Shown: piece by piece, positions 26,267 to 38,899 of the stretch
How positions within the stretch are numbered: the stretch's first letter is position 1
Layout: every line of letters begins with the position of its first letter
From: Eledone cirrhosa
Taxonomy: Eukaryota
Reading direction: 5' to 3'
Length of the DNA: 64,000 nucleotides
Assembly (NCBI GenBank): GCA_964016885.1
Contig: OZ024742.1
Span: 267,902,001 to 267,966,000 of the forward strand
Notes under the pieces: generated by a model
What the model was told of the DNA's origin: nothing
What the model saw: the letters and a program-made list of their open reading frames with translations, nothing else
Databases searched by the model: none
Position numbers and translations under genes: made by a program

Positions 26267-29218
26267 ATGACCTCACTCAGAATAGGCAGCATAAATGCGC
26301 GTGGCTTGGGGTCGTCATGGAAGCAGGGCCACCTGCTCAACGACCTCAGGTCACTAAACATAGATGTAGTGGCCATCAGCGAGACCAGAATCTCCGAAGC
26401 ACAGGCGTTCGCACCGATCTTCGGCGGCTACGATGTGTACGCATCTCCCAGCCGTCCGGGATCGGGGGGGAGGAGTTGCTGTGCTTTTTCGGAGAGGTTT
26501 GGATCTTGCCATACGGGCCATCTTCCTGGACCCAGAAGGTAAGTTGGTGGTGCTGGACGTGACCAGCGGAGACGGCCAAGCTTTCAGGTTAGTGGCCGTC
26601 TATGCCCCGACAGGAGCAGGGCGGCCTGATTTCTTCCGGCGTCTGGAGACCTTTCTTGGAACGTCCCGCTCTTTAGTGTTAGTGGGCGACTGGAACGGGA
26701 TCTTAGATGCACGCTGGGATTGTGTGGGATTAGTGGATAGGGAAGGAGGGTGCAAGAGTCTCACCAACCTCCTCAGTCGTTTTGAACTGTCTGACAGGTA
26801 CCGAATGGATTTCCCGAATGTACCAATGTGGACTTGGACAAATCGCATATGGTCATCCAGATCATATCTAGATAGAGTATTTTGTAGGGAAATAGATAGG
26901 TCTAGCATAGGCTGTCCACAATTCAAGATAGTCAGCTACACGGACCACAAATTCGTGATCTGTGTGCTTGACTTAGATAGGCTTCATAGACGAGGACCCG
27001 GCTACTGGAAGCTAAACGCGTCCTTACCAGCGCGCAAGGCCTACAGAGACCGGATTAGCGAACTAGTTAAGCGGGCGTTGACGGGGGCCATCGTCAACAA
27101 CAAGTGGTGGTTTGCTCTGAAAAGAGCAATTAGAATAGAGTCCATTAGGTTCAGTAAGACTTTAGCAATAGAAAAAAATAGAGCAGAGGGAGAATTAGTT
27201 AGAAAATTAGATGAGGCGCTTAGCAAAGGCATCGCGACCGACGTACTTGCGGCGAAATTGGCCCTTGACCAATTCTTCAATGCAAAGCACGAAGGCTGCG
27301 TTGTCAGAGCTAGGGTGCGTGCTCTCAGACACGAGGGGACGAAAGCCGTTCAATGGGCCCGAGTGGCGGAGGCGCGTCGTGGCAACAAAGCCACGATCCG
27401 GTCTTTGGTGGACCACGACGGGCGCATGCTACTCGATCCCGGGCAAATGTGTGAAGCTTTTCAGCGACACTTCGCTCAACTGTTCGGGGGCAGTGGCGGG
27501 CCGGTCGAGGGATGGACTTTAGTGTCTACCTCAACGGACTGCCGCGGCTTTCGGCCACTGAGGCGGAGTGTTGCGAAAAGCCGATAACAACCGCTGAAGT
27601 ACGGGATGCAATGACTAGTTGCACAAGGGGTAAATCGCCTTGTTTAGATGGTCTGCCCTATGAACTTTACGTACAAATGCCAAACTTGTTCGGAGGCCTC
27701 TTGGCGGACGTCTACTTCAACTGGCAACAGAACGGGAGAATTCCCAGCTCTGTGAGCCGAGGAGCGGTGGCGCTGCTGAGAAAGGATCCGAACAAGGGGG
27801 ATAACATAGATAATTTTAGGCCCATAACTCTGCTAAACACAGGGTTAAAGATTTTGGCCAAGGTGCTAGCAAAGAGGTTGTCGTTGAGGTCTGGTGGGAG
27901 AGGCACAGACATGCGCCATTCCCGACAGATCCATTCACGACAACCTCCACCTCATGCGATACATCGTAGAGAGGGTAGCTAGGGAACCTGGCAGGGGTGG
28001 GTCTTTGATCAATTTAGATCAGTCGAAAGCCTTCGATAGGGTCGATCATCGTTACCTAGCGGCAATCCTGAGGGCGGCTGGCTTTGGGCCCGTCTTCAGA
28101 GGCTGGATCGCTGCCATGCACAGCGACATCTGCTCTGTAGTGAGAGTGAACGGTCACCTTTCGGAACCGTTCAACATCATGCGCTCGGTCCGCCAAGGAT
28201 GTCACATCTCGTCCCTATTGTACGTATTGACTCTCGAGCCATTACTGCACAAACTGGAGACTTTGAGGGGGGTCCCGCGCGAACTAGGATGCGGAAGATC
28301 CGTGTCAGCATATGCCGACGATGTCACCGTAGTGGTGTCGAACGCCAAACACATCGAGGCGATCGGCACTACACTAAGAGAATACGAAGCGGTGACAGGA
28401 GCAATGATCAACCAGGAAAAGTCAGTGGGCCTGCAGCTCGGCACCTGGAGAGGTAGGTCCATGCCGTCCAACAGCGTCGTCGGGCGCTGGACGGACGGAC
28501 CGGTTAAATTGCTAGGGGTCTGGTTCGGTCCAGACCTCCAAACAGCCCTCGACCAATCGGGCAATGTGATCGGTCGAAACTCCACCTTGGCGTTCTATAG
28601 GTGATTAGTGGAGGGGAAGAGCGACGACGTACTTGGAGAAACTCTAGGCGTCGACGAAAATCAACTAGCCAATCTCTTCGGAAGGACTTTCGGGCCGGGG
28701 CCTATGGACAACTTCCAGAAATCCCTGGCCTGGCAGTGCTACCGGGGTGCTTTGCCAGTTCGGGATAAACTTTACAGGCATGGAGGTGCCGTCAGCCGGG
28801 CATGTCCGAGATGCGCACAGGGCGACCAAACCGTCCTGCACGCACTCGTCCAGTGTCCGAGCATTGCTGACTTGTGGGTTTATGTCGAACACCTGCTGTC
28901 ACGTGTAGGACGGATCCAGCTATCAGCTGAGTCCATCGTGAGGATTACTCCGCCCTCTTCCTTTAGCCGGGAAGGGCAGGCAGTTTTATCTGTCTGGTGG
29001 CCATGGCGAAAGAGATAGTATGGTGGACACGTTTGAAAGGGCTGAAGACGAGCACTTACCTCTTCGGTGATGCCCTGATTGACTTTTTCAAATTTCATTT
29101 GAAAAGGAAAATCAGAGTAGAGAGGGAAGTGCTCTCTTCCCAGCATTTTGTTGAAAGATGGGTGAGAGAAGCAAGTATGGCCCGAATGAATGGGCCTTCT
29201 CTGAGTATGTGTCTGTAA
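26267..29218 (+). pseudogene. Tx1-A ORF2: AP endonuclease, reverse transcriptase and C-terminal zinc finger, disrupted
   Basis: SINARGL, SET, YAPT, GDWN, SYLDR, TDH (APE). FRPITLLN, LDQSKAFDRVDH, RQGC, YADD (RT). CPRC...HALVQC (zinc finger). Confidence 0.92.
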
Positions 29219-29461
29219 ATTAAAGGTGGAAAACTGGGAGAGGGCACTTGCCCTGGTGGTCAGGTCCACTGTGGTCTTTTAATGGGCTTTCTCCACAAAT
29301 GTCCCTCGGAAGTCTCCCCCCTATTGGCGAATTTTTCTGTGTTATTTTATTTCATCCTCTGTTTTTTTTACACGCAGAAATGCCCATTTGTACCGTCCCG
29401 TATTGTCCTGTACTGTCCTTAATGTCTACTTTATGTAAACCCTTGTGGTTAATAAAGAAAA

Positions 29462-29492
<31 letters not shown>

Positions 29493-29498
29493 GTTGTT

Positions 29499-29553
29499 AT
29501 TCCTTGAACCTCAGTCATTGATGTTGGTTAACTGGAAAGTCCGTTGGAATGAA
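29499..29553 (-). mobile_element. R4/Dong-like 3' UTR stub (about 55 bp)
   Basis: Matches the 3' end of the other R4-like copies and lies between two (TTA)n tracts. Confidence 0.85.
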
Positions 29554-29788
29554 TTATTATTATGGCCGCACATGTGTGAAGACAGACAAGTCTGTGGGGG
29601 AAAAGGTTCGTAGCTTTAAGCTATTTTAAAGTGTCTTTTTTTTGTATGTTCTTGTCATTAACGAAACTTAAGGTACACATCTTGATTTAAATAGAGGGAT
29701 ACCTCTCAATATTCGGGCTTTAAGCCCGAATATTCAGATTTATTTTTTAAAACTTCGAAAAAAATCGCTTCCCCACCAAAAGAAAATT

Positions 29789-31767
29789 ATGGAAATTTTC
29801 GACCTTGAAACGGTAAACAACGTTCAGGTCAAAAGTTTAAAGGCAGCCACTGCAGATTTCACCACGACTACGACGGCTACAGTCATGCCTGTCATCCACT
29901 CTACTGAATGTGAAGGCAAAACACAAAAGCTACCATCACAACCTTCTGGCATAGCAGCAGTATCATCTGAAAACGACATCACCACCACCGCCACCACCAC
30001 CACCACCACCACCACAACAACAACAACAACTCAGAGAAATAACGACAAAAACACCGACAGCTTCAATGTAAACAAGGATGGCGGTGGCAACAGCAAGAAT
30101 GACAACAACAACAATAAGAGCATCAGAAACACCACATTTGCTGCAGCAGCAGCAGCAAAAACAGAGCGCTTATTGAATATCGATATTGATATTAGCGATA
30201 AAGACGAACAGTTGGCCAAAGCGTGGAGGCTAATTACACGGGAGAAGTCCTGGGCAAACCTGACCATCCCGGACGAGGCAATAGCGGCCATGCAAAGGAG
30301 GACGGTGCTCTTTCGATGTATTTCGGTGCAGACACGAAAAGTGGAACTTGCGAGCCAAGCAGAGGTAGAGGCTGCTTTGGAGTACATCGGAAGTAACATA
30401 GAGTACAAAGCAAGAGGCAAACAGTTCGGTACCATCTCGGTACTGTTCAAATCCGAGGCCCTCGCTATTAAGCACTCGGTGATCCCCTGCAGAACGGAAC
30501 GCATTATCATGCATCCGTCCTATATGGGTAAAAGGTCAGTGAAGGTACGCATTCCCAGCATCCCACCAGGAATGAACATATGGTGGCTGCTGGGATGCGT
30601 AATCGAGGAGAGGACAGACACCACCCTCCTGGACATCAAAAGGACAGAGAGAGAAGACTGGTCCGGAATGGATTTGGAGATTCTTCTCCAAATGAAACCG
30701 GAGGATATAAATAACATCCCAGATTTTAGCCCGCCTGCAGGACGGGACAACAATCCAACTAATGATTGACGGAAGAAGGCCACGCTGCTTCGTTTGCGGG
30801 GAAGCCACGCATCTTCAAGCCTTCTGCCCTCAGCGCAAAAATGCAGGGGGTCGCAAACCTCCTTTGTTGCCAACGCCAGTGTCAGCACGGAAAGCTGCAC
30901 CACCACCACCACCAAAAACAACATCAACAAAAACACGGACACCAACATCAAAAGCAGCCGGATCACCACCAACACAAAAACCAATCCAAGGAGAAAACGG
31001 GGAAAGCTCCCCCCCCCCCAACTATATACATAGACAAAACAAATAAAATAAACGCACACACAGACACAGAGACACTCACAGACACAGACCCTTTGTCTTC
31101 CAGCAGCGAAGATGAAGGAAAACCCAAAAGTGCAAAAAAACAGAGAAGACTCATAAAAAAAAAGCCCCAACAAAACACAGAAACACACACAACAAAAAAT
31201 ACAGACACCACTAACGCAGACACTTCCCCAATAACATCAGCACCATCAGCAACATCGACACCACCTCCACAATCCCCGAAACGCAAACAACCTAAACAAA
31301 CACAAGTACAAATAAACACACAAATACCTGAAATTGCAGACACCACACCTACAACAAACATAGACATACCCGAAACAACACCACCAAAACCATCGCCACC
31401 ACCTTCACCAAAACGAAAACAAATAAAACCACGCCAACAAAATGTTAAAAACTTCGTGCTTGTCAGAAGGGCCAACGATAAACTGATGGCCCTCTTAGCG
31501 CGAAGCGAGGACGTTCAAACAGAGGGGGAGATTTTTGAAATGAGCACATTTTGCGTGCCAGAAGATTTGCTTCTGGTCCGAATGTCACTCAATTCTTTCA
31601 AAGAAATTCGAGAGAGCTTTCCTCAAGACGTGGGAAACCCGAATGTGAAACCCACATCAAGACTTTTAAAGGGGTTCCCAAAAGAAACCCCACCAACCAT
31701 GGAGGTCGAACCACCCGACCTTCACAAGACCCGGGAGGTAAGTAAACCTTCCCTCTCTCTCTCTTAG
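29789..31767 (+). pseudogene. Tx1-B ORF1 (CCHC knuckle), about two frameshifts
   Basis: KQFGTISVLFKSE and CFVCGEATHLQAFC. ORFs 29789-30769, 30762-31046 and the distal part of 30766-31767 join up. Confidence 0.82.
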
Positions 31768-31776
31768 CTTACCAAT

Positions 31777-34700
31777 ATGGCCATATTAAGAGTAGGAAGT
31801 TTAAATGTTCGCGGCCTGGGGTCACCCTGGAAGCAGGGTCGCCTGCTCAACGACCTCCGGTCGCTGGAAATGGATGTGATTGCCGTAAGCGAGACCAGAA
31901 TTTCCGACACGCGTGCACTGGCCCCCATTTTCGACGACTATCAGATCTTCGCATCTGTTAGCAGGCCGGGAATGGGGGGGGGGCAGTGCTGTTTAGGAAA
32001 GGACTGGATCTCGAGGTAAGGTCGATCTTCCGGGACCCGGACGGTAAGTTGGTGGTCTTGGATGTGAGCAGTAGCGAAGGTGGTGCCTTTAGACTGCTGG
32101 CCGTCTACGCCCCTACAGGGGCCGGACGACCTGACTTCTTTAGGCGCCTGGAGACCTTTCTGGGTACGTCTCGCCCTTTACTGTTAGCGAGGGACTGGAA
32201 TGGCATCTTAGACGCACGCTGGGATTGTGTGGGAGTAGCCGATAGGAGCGGGGTGTGCAAAAGCCTCAAGCACCTACTCAGCCAGTTCCAACTGTCTGAC
32301 AGGTATCGACTAGATTTCCCCAATGTGCCAGTATGGACATGGACCAACCGAATGGGGTCATCTAGATCGTATATAGACAGAATCTTCATTAGGAAAATAG
32401 ATAGAAATAGTGTGGGCTGTCCACTTTTTAAAACGGTCGCCTATTCAGATCACAAATTTGTGATCTGTACGGTCGACCTAAATAAAACGCGTAGGTTAGG
32501 ACCGGGTTACTGGAAGCTGAACATGTCATTTCCGGCACGTAAGGCTTACAGGGACCGAGTCAATAAGTTAGTTAAGCAAAAGTTGACAGGAGGGATCATC
32601 AACAACAGATGGTGGGGGGCTCTCAAAAGAGAGATTAGAGTAACTTCGATAGAGTTCAGCAAAGAACTAGCGTTAGAGAAAAATAGAAAGGAGGGGGAGC
32701 TGGTAGATAAGTTAGACGAGGCTATTTGTAGTGGCATCGCAACTGACGTGCTAGCGGCGAGAATGGCATTAGACCATTTCTTCAATGCCAAACACGAAGG
32801 TTGCATTGTCAGAGCTAAGGCGCGTGCGCTGAGAAACGAGGGAACTAAAGCTGTTCGATGGGCCCGCGTGGCGGAGGCGCAGCGTGGTAATAAAACCACA
32901 ATTGGGTCTTTGGCGGACCGAGACGGACACGAGATAAGCGATTCCAGGCGGATGTGTGAGGCCTTTCGCCAGCACTTTGCTCGGTTGTTCAGCGAGAGTG
33001 GCGAGTCAGAGAGAGTAGCGGATTTCAGTCCCTACCTTGACGGCTTGCCGCACATCTCGACGGTCGAGGCTGAGCGCTGCGAAAGGCCGATTACTTCAGC
33101 CGAAATTCAGGGCGCCCTTGTCGGCTGCATGAGGCGCAAGTCACCTGGTTTGGATGGCCTGCCCTACGAGCTTTACGTAAATATGCCAGACTTGTTCTCC
33201 GAACTCCTCGAAGCACTCTACTGTAACTGGCAGCAGAATGGGAGTATTCCCAGTTCTGTGAGCAGGGGAGTGGTGACGCTGATAAGGAAAGACGAGAACA
33301 AGAGGGATACATTAGACAACTTCAGGCCCATAACTCTGCTCAACACAGAGTTTAAGATTTTGGCCAAGGTGTTAGCAAAGAGATTGGCGCTTGTCGTCGA
33401 GGATTTGGTTGGGGAGGCGCAAACTTGCGCAATCCCAGCAGGTCCATACACGACAATCTCCACCTCATGCGATACATCATAGAGAGGGTAGGGTGTAAAC
33501 CTGGCTTCGGTGGGGCACTGATCAATTTAGATCAATCGAAAGCATTCGATAGGGTCGACCATCGGTATCTGGAGTTTGTCCTCAAAGCAGCTGGCTTCGG
33601 CCCTGTCTTTAGAAGCTGGATCGTTGCAATGCACAGCGGCACACGCTCGGTGGTCAAGGTTAATGGCCACCTCTCGGAACCATTTCGGCTCTCCCGATCG
33701 GTCCGTCAAGGGTGCCCTCTCTCTTCCCTTCTGTACGTATTGACTCTCGAGCCATTACTGCGGAAGCTGGAGCTGTTGCAGGGCATCCCGCTCGAAACGG
33801 GACGTGGAAAGGCGGTGTCGGCTTATGCGGACGACATCACCGTGATGGTGTCGAACACCTCAGAAATCGAGGTGGTCGGCACCTTATTGAAGGAATATGA
33901 AAGGTTGACAGGAGCCAAACTTAACCCGGAAAAGTCGGTGGGCTTGCAGCTCGGAACCTGGAGAGGCAAGCCCATGCCGTCCAACAGCGTCGTAGGGCGC
34001 TGGACGGACGGACCAGTAAAGTTGCTCGGGGTTTGGTTCGGACCAGACCTCCAGGTGGAAAAGAATTGGGACGAGGTAACGAGCAGAGTAGCCAGTCTCA
34101 CCCAAAAATGGGTTGGGAGGAAGCTATAACTGAAAGGTCGCGCGGAGGTGGCGAATGCGTACATCGCGTCCGTCATCTATTACCGCCTAACCGTCGTGCC
34201 TTGCCCCCGTCCGCGCCTCGTCAAGTTGGAACGGCTCCTCTTCAAATTCTTGTGGAGGGGACAAGTTCCGTTGGTGAGGCGGTCCATCTGCTGCCAGCAC
34301 CCTCTACACGGAGGGCTGGGCATGCCGTGGCTAATGATGCGCAGACATGCGTTGAGGCTGCGACATCTCCAGATATTCTGCCTCAATGGTGAACAGGTGT
34401 GGTCGCCGTTTATCAGACGGGCCTTTCCGCAGCTCATTTCTTTGACTGAGCTGCAGTCCTGGGTCAAGAAGAGACCGAGACTGGGTGACTGGCACCTGGA
34501 ATGTTGCCAGGCACTCACTGCCCTCTACCAAGCGGGCAATGCGATCAGTGGAACTTCCACTCTCGAGTTCTATAGAGGATTAGTGGTGGGCAAGTGCGAT
34601 GACGCACTTGGAGAAGCTTTGGGCCTCGACGAAGTCGAACTGACCAGTCTGTACCGGAGGACTTTTGAGCCGGGGACGATGGACAATTTCCAGAAATCCC

Positions 34701-35204
34701 TCGCTTGGCAGTGCTACCGGGGGGGGGGGGGGGGACACTGCCGGTTCGGGATAAACTCAACAGGCACGAAAGTGCTGTCAGACGGATCTGCCCAAGATGC
34801 GCACAGAACGACGAAACCGTTCTGCACGCACTTGTCCAATGTCCGTGCATTACTGACTTGTGGAGTTATGTCGAACAGCTACTGTCGCGTGTGGAAAGAA
34901 TCCGGTTATCGGCCGAGTCCATAGTGAAGATCGAGCCGCCAGCTTCCTTAGGTCAGGAAGAGCAGGACATTTTCCTCTGTCTGGTGGCAGTTGCGAAAGA
35001 GATTATATGGTGGACAAGGTTGAAAGGACTAAAGACAGACACTTTACTCTTCGGCCAATCACTCATCAACTTCTTCAAGTTTCACCTGGAAAGGAGGGTG
35101 AGGGTGGAGAGAGAAGTGCTGCCCCCAGTACATTTGCTAAAAGGTGGGTGAATGTGGCGAGAATGGCTCGTGTGAATGGGCCTACTCTGACCATGCGCCT
35201 ATAG
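31777..35204 (+). pseudogene. Tx1-B ORF2 APE-RT-zinc finger, few lesions
   Basis: SLNVRGL, YAPT, SYIDR, SDH, FRPITLLN, AFDRVDH, RQGCPLS, YADD, CPRC...ETVLHALVQC. Frameshifts lie partly at G/T homopolymers. Stop codon at 34127. Confidence 0.92.
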
Positions 35205-35505
35205 GCTGGCTAACTTGAGGAGAGGGGTGCTCTCCTGGGTGCCCTAGAAGCGCAGGATGGATCAGGATTGGTGGGGTACCCGAATCACCACAGGGTCGTC
35301 CACCCCCTATCGGGGAATTTATTTTGTTATATTTTGCATAGTTTATTTTATATTTTTATATTTTCATTGTTAAATTAGTTTTGCCATTGTGCACTTTTAC
35401 TCGACCTTATTGTAAACCCCCACTGTCCCTGTCTTTGTATTGTCCCCTACATGTCTGCCCTTGTGGCTAATAAATGAAATCATTATTATTATTATTATTA
35501 TTATT

Positions 35506-38500
35506 ATTCCTTGAATCTCAGTCATTGATGTTAGTTAACTGGAAAGTCCGTTGGAATGAATATCAAGCCACTACCTGCAGCCTCAGATATTCAGGACGTA
35601 TCGGAGGGTTCTTGCTGTTCCCATCAAGCATGCCTTTTGAAGCATTCCAAAAAGCGTGAAGGGGCCGATTTTCTTTAACCATCCCTGGAAACTTTTGGAG
35701 ATAGTCCCCAGTGCGCCTATGACAATCAGGATCACTTTGACTTCATGGCAGTTCCAAATCGTGTTTACCTGCCACTTTAACTCCTGGTATCGGTTAATTC
35801 TGTCCCTCTCCTTCTCTTGCACTCTCGTGTCGAATGGGCAGGCCACATCCATAATCAGACACGATCTTTTTTCTTTGTCCACAACCACCAGGTCAGGTCT
35901 ATTGTGTTCCAGTTTCTTGTCCGTCTGTATCCTAAAATCCCACAGAACCTTCACCTGATCGTTCTCCATCACCGCCTCTGGCCTATGCTCATACCATTTC
36001 TCAGAATCTGGTAAATTCTTTACTTTGCACAGGTGCCGGTGGATCACCCTGTCCATCACATCATGTCTCCAGCCCTTATAGTGGGTCTGGGCTAGGTGTT
36101 TACACTCGGATACAATGTGAGCCATAGTCTCCTCTCTCTCTCTCCACAGATCCTGCACAGTGGGCTAGCCTCCTCCTTGTAAATATGGTGTTTCAACCAC
36201 TTCGTTTTGAGGGCCTGCTCCTGCGCAGCCATTAACATTCCTTCTGTAGCCTTTTTAAGGTCTCCTCTTCTCAACCAGTTCCATGTCAGTGGATCTCTAA
36301 ATTCAGTTTTCTCAAAGAAGGTACTATGAAGGGATTTTTCCTGAAGGCTGCTCTTTGTCCTTGATGTTATTTCCTCCTTGGACATCCCCTGGCCTATTGT
36401 CCCCTCCTTCAGTACAGTTCTGAGCATTGGCTCCTTTCTATCAGTCACGTATTTGTGTAGGTTGTTTTTCTCCATCTGAACACAGTCCTCTATGCTGATA
36501 AGACCTCTTCCACCCTCAGGTCTCCTTAGGTAGATTCTATCGACATCACTCCTCTTGTGGAACATGTTGTAGATAGTCAATAGCTTCCTAGTCTTCCTAT
36601 CCATTTCTTTTTGTTCAGCAACATTCCATCTCAGAATTCCCGCACTGTACCTAATAATTGACACAGCTCGTTAATTTACTGCGCTTATGGCATTTCTGCT
36701 GTTCAGATGTGACTTCAATACGCTCCTTACTCTCCGAATGTATTCAGTTCTTAACAATTCCTTCATTTTTTTGTTCTTTATGCCATCAGCCTCCAGAACG
36801 CCCAAATACTTGTATCCTTCCTCAGAGTCACTTTCCTTTATCATCTCACCTGTTGGTATCTGGATTCCGTTACTTCTGCTCAACATACCCCTCCTCATCA
36901 CAATGACTCCACACTTACTAATACCAAACTGCATACATATATCACTGCTGAAAATACGGACAGTGTCAACAAGCACATCCAACTCCTTCTCACTCTTCCC
37001 GAAGAGCTTAAGATCGTCCATGAAGAGGAGGAGATTGATGGTAAGCCCTCCCTTTCCCAACCCGTATCCTGCTCTCACTTTTCGCAGTACACTGGTCAGG
37101 GGCATCAGGGCAAGGACAAACAACAGAGGGGACAGGCTATCTCCCTGGAAGATACCTCTCTTGATCTTCACGCTTCCCAAGGATTCTCCAGTTGATGTCA
37201 ACTCTGTTTCCCAGGACCTCATACTCCTGCCCAGCAACTGTCTGATGTTATCTTCCACCTTGAAGATCTGCAGGCTTTTGGTGATCCAAGAATGAGGCAC
37301 CATGTCAAATGCCTTGCTGTAGTCTATCCATCCCATGGCAAGATCAGTGTGTCTCCTCCTGCAATTCCCCATTACCATCTTATCAATAAGTAACTGGTCC
37401 TTTGTACCACGTGACGTCTTTCGGTATCCATTCTGTTCGTCCGGTAACAAGTTGTTTGTGTGTAGGTGATGGTAGATTTGCTCAGACACAATGCTCGTCA
37501 ACAGTTTCCACATTATGGACAGACATGTGATAGGTCTATAGTTGGTAACATCATTACCCTTGATTCGGTCTTTCATTATCAGAACTGTGGTACCTTTTGT
37601 CAACCACTCTGGTACCTCACCTGACATCAAGCAGTCATTGAACATGGTTGTCAGTTTCGGGTGGAGGGATGTGATATTTTTAATCCAATACCCCTGCACA
37701 CCATCTGGGCCTGATGATTTCCAGTTGGTTAGCTTTTTGGCCTGCCCCTTAAGAGTTTCAACTGTGATACTCAAATCAGTTTGTTGGTGTGCCTGCTCAC
37801 CGATCTCCCTCTGTACTGTCTCAATCCACCCTGCTTGGTCATTATGTCTAACATCCTGCTCCCATATTCCTCTCCAGAATGTTTTAGTCTGTTCCGCCTC
37901 AGGGATCAAGTCGTTGCCTCTTTCTTTCCCCTCAAGCTGTCCAAACAGCATCTTCTGGTTGTTGTCGAACATGCGGTTCTGTTTATACTGACTGACTCTG
38001 TTCTCGTATCGCCTGATTTTTGCACTCTTTGCTACAATGCGTTGCTTCAGTTCCTCTATGATAATATTTAGCTTTTTCCTCCTAGTTTTGTACTTTATTT
38101 TCAGTCTATTTTTAGAGCCTATGTTTTTAGTGTCCCATTCAGTAGTGACTCAAGCTTTCCAATGTCATTTCTCATTTCCCTGATTTGACCACTCAGTCGT
38201 TTCTTCCACCAAGGCTCTGCTCTTTCTTGTCTGTTGTTTTCTCTCGATTTTATACCAAGTAGTTTCCTCACCGTATTTGCTGTTGCTTTGAGGATATTGT
38301 TGCACTGGTGAAGGCTCCTCGCCTCAAGGTATGGGATGACTTTCTTTACCTTAGCTGTTGTTTCTTTTAACTTTTTCCTGTCTACAAATCTTAGGTTCAT
38401 AGGTCTCCCAATATCATTGTTCAATTCATCTACCACTAAATTTAGGATGTCAACCGAATCTTGTCCTAGCCCGTCAGCATTCATCTCTTCAGTGGCCGTA

Positions 38501-38846
38501 TCTCTGTTCCAGGTATTATTAATCTCAGTATTCAGATCATTGTCTGCTTCGGGTGGTTCCTCCGTTCTCTCGACCTCTTCACCTTCATTTCCCACTGGCT
38601 CGTTTGCCTGGCATACTCCATCCTCCATCTCCAAGCTAATCTCTCTGCTCAGTTCCTCCAGTTCCAGCTCGCTTAACCACCCATTAGTTCTTATTACCTG
38701 AGCCTGCCCGGCCAATATTTGTTCATCTAATTTAAATAGACCAATCTCGTTCCAGATGTTATGCATCCGTCTCCTATAGCCCCTCTCCTTGGGGTTACTT
38801 TTCGGGTAACATTGCATAACAGTTCAATTCAATTTTTTCGTCCAGA
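35506..38846 (-). mobile_element. R4/Dong-like element copy 2, near-complete ORF but missing the 5' end
   Basis: N-terminal MQCY..SNPKERGYRRRM..W..EQILAGQ domain. RT motifs YRPITCL, DYSKAFD, GIFQGDSLSP, FMDD. CCHC CRIC..ETMAHIVSEC. RLE RPD..D..K..Y. (TAA)n tail. Confidence 0.92.
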
Positions 38847-38891
<45 letters not shown>

Positions 38892-38899
38892 ATGTTGTT

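Larger units (their letters stand above)
24043..29462 (+). mobile_element. Tx1/L1-clade LINE, subfamily A copy 1 (intact 5' end, deletion of about 460 bp in ORF2)
   Basis: Begins GGCGACC right after (TTA)n. Two ORFs. Ends CCCTTGTGGTTAATAAAGAAAAC+(ATT)n. Confidence 0.9.
29564..35481 (+). mobile_element. Tx1/L1-clade LINE, subfamily B, full length (about 5.9 kb)
   Basis: Starts GGCCGC after TTA repeats. ORF1 plus ORF2. Ends CCCTTGTGGCTAATAAATGAAATC+(ATT)n. Confidence 0.92.

Noticed and set aside
31738-31767. 30-nt GT...AG micro-intron between ORF1 and ORF2 of Tx1-B
   Set aside because: Too short for normal splicing, and the nearby AG is absent in subfamily A. Only the donor is conserved.
36687-38701. 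Long + strand ORFs over the R4-like element
   Set aside because: Antisense shadows of the RT ORF with no independent motifs.
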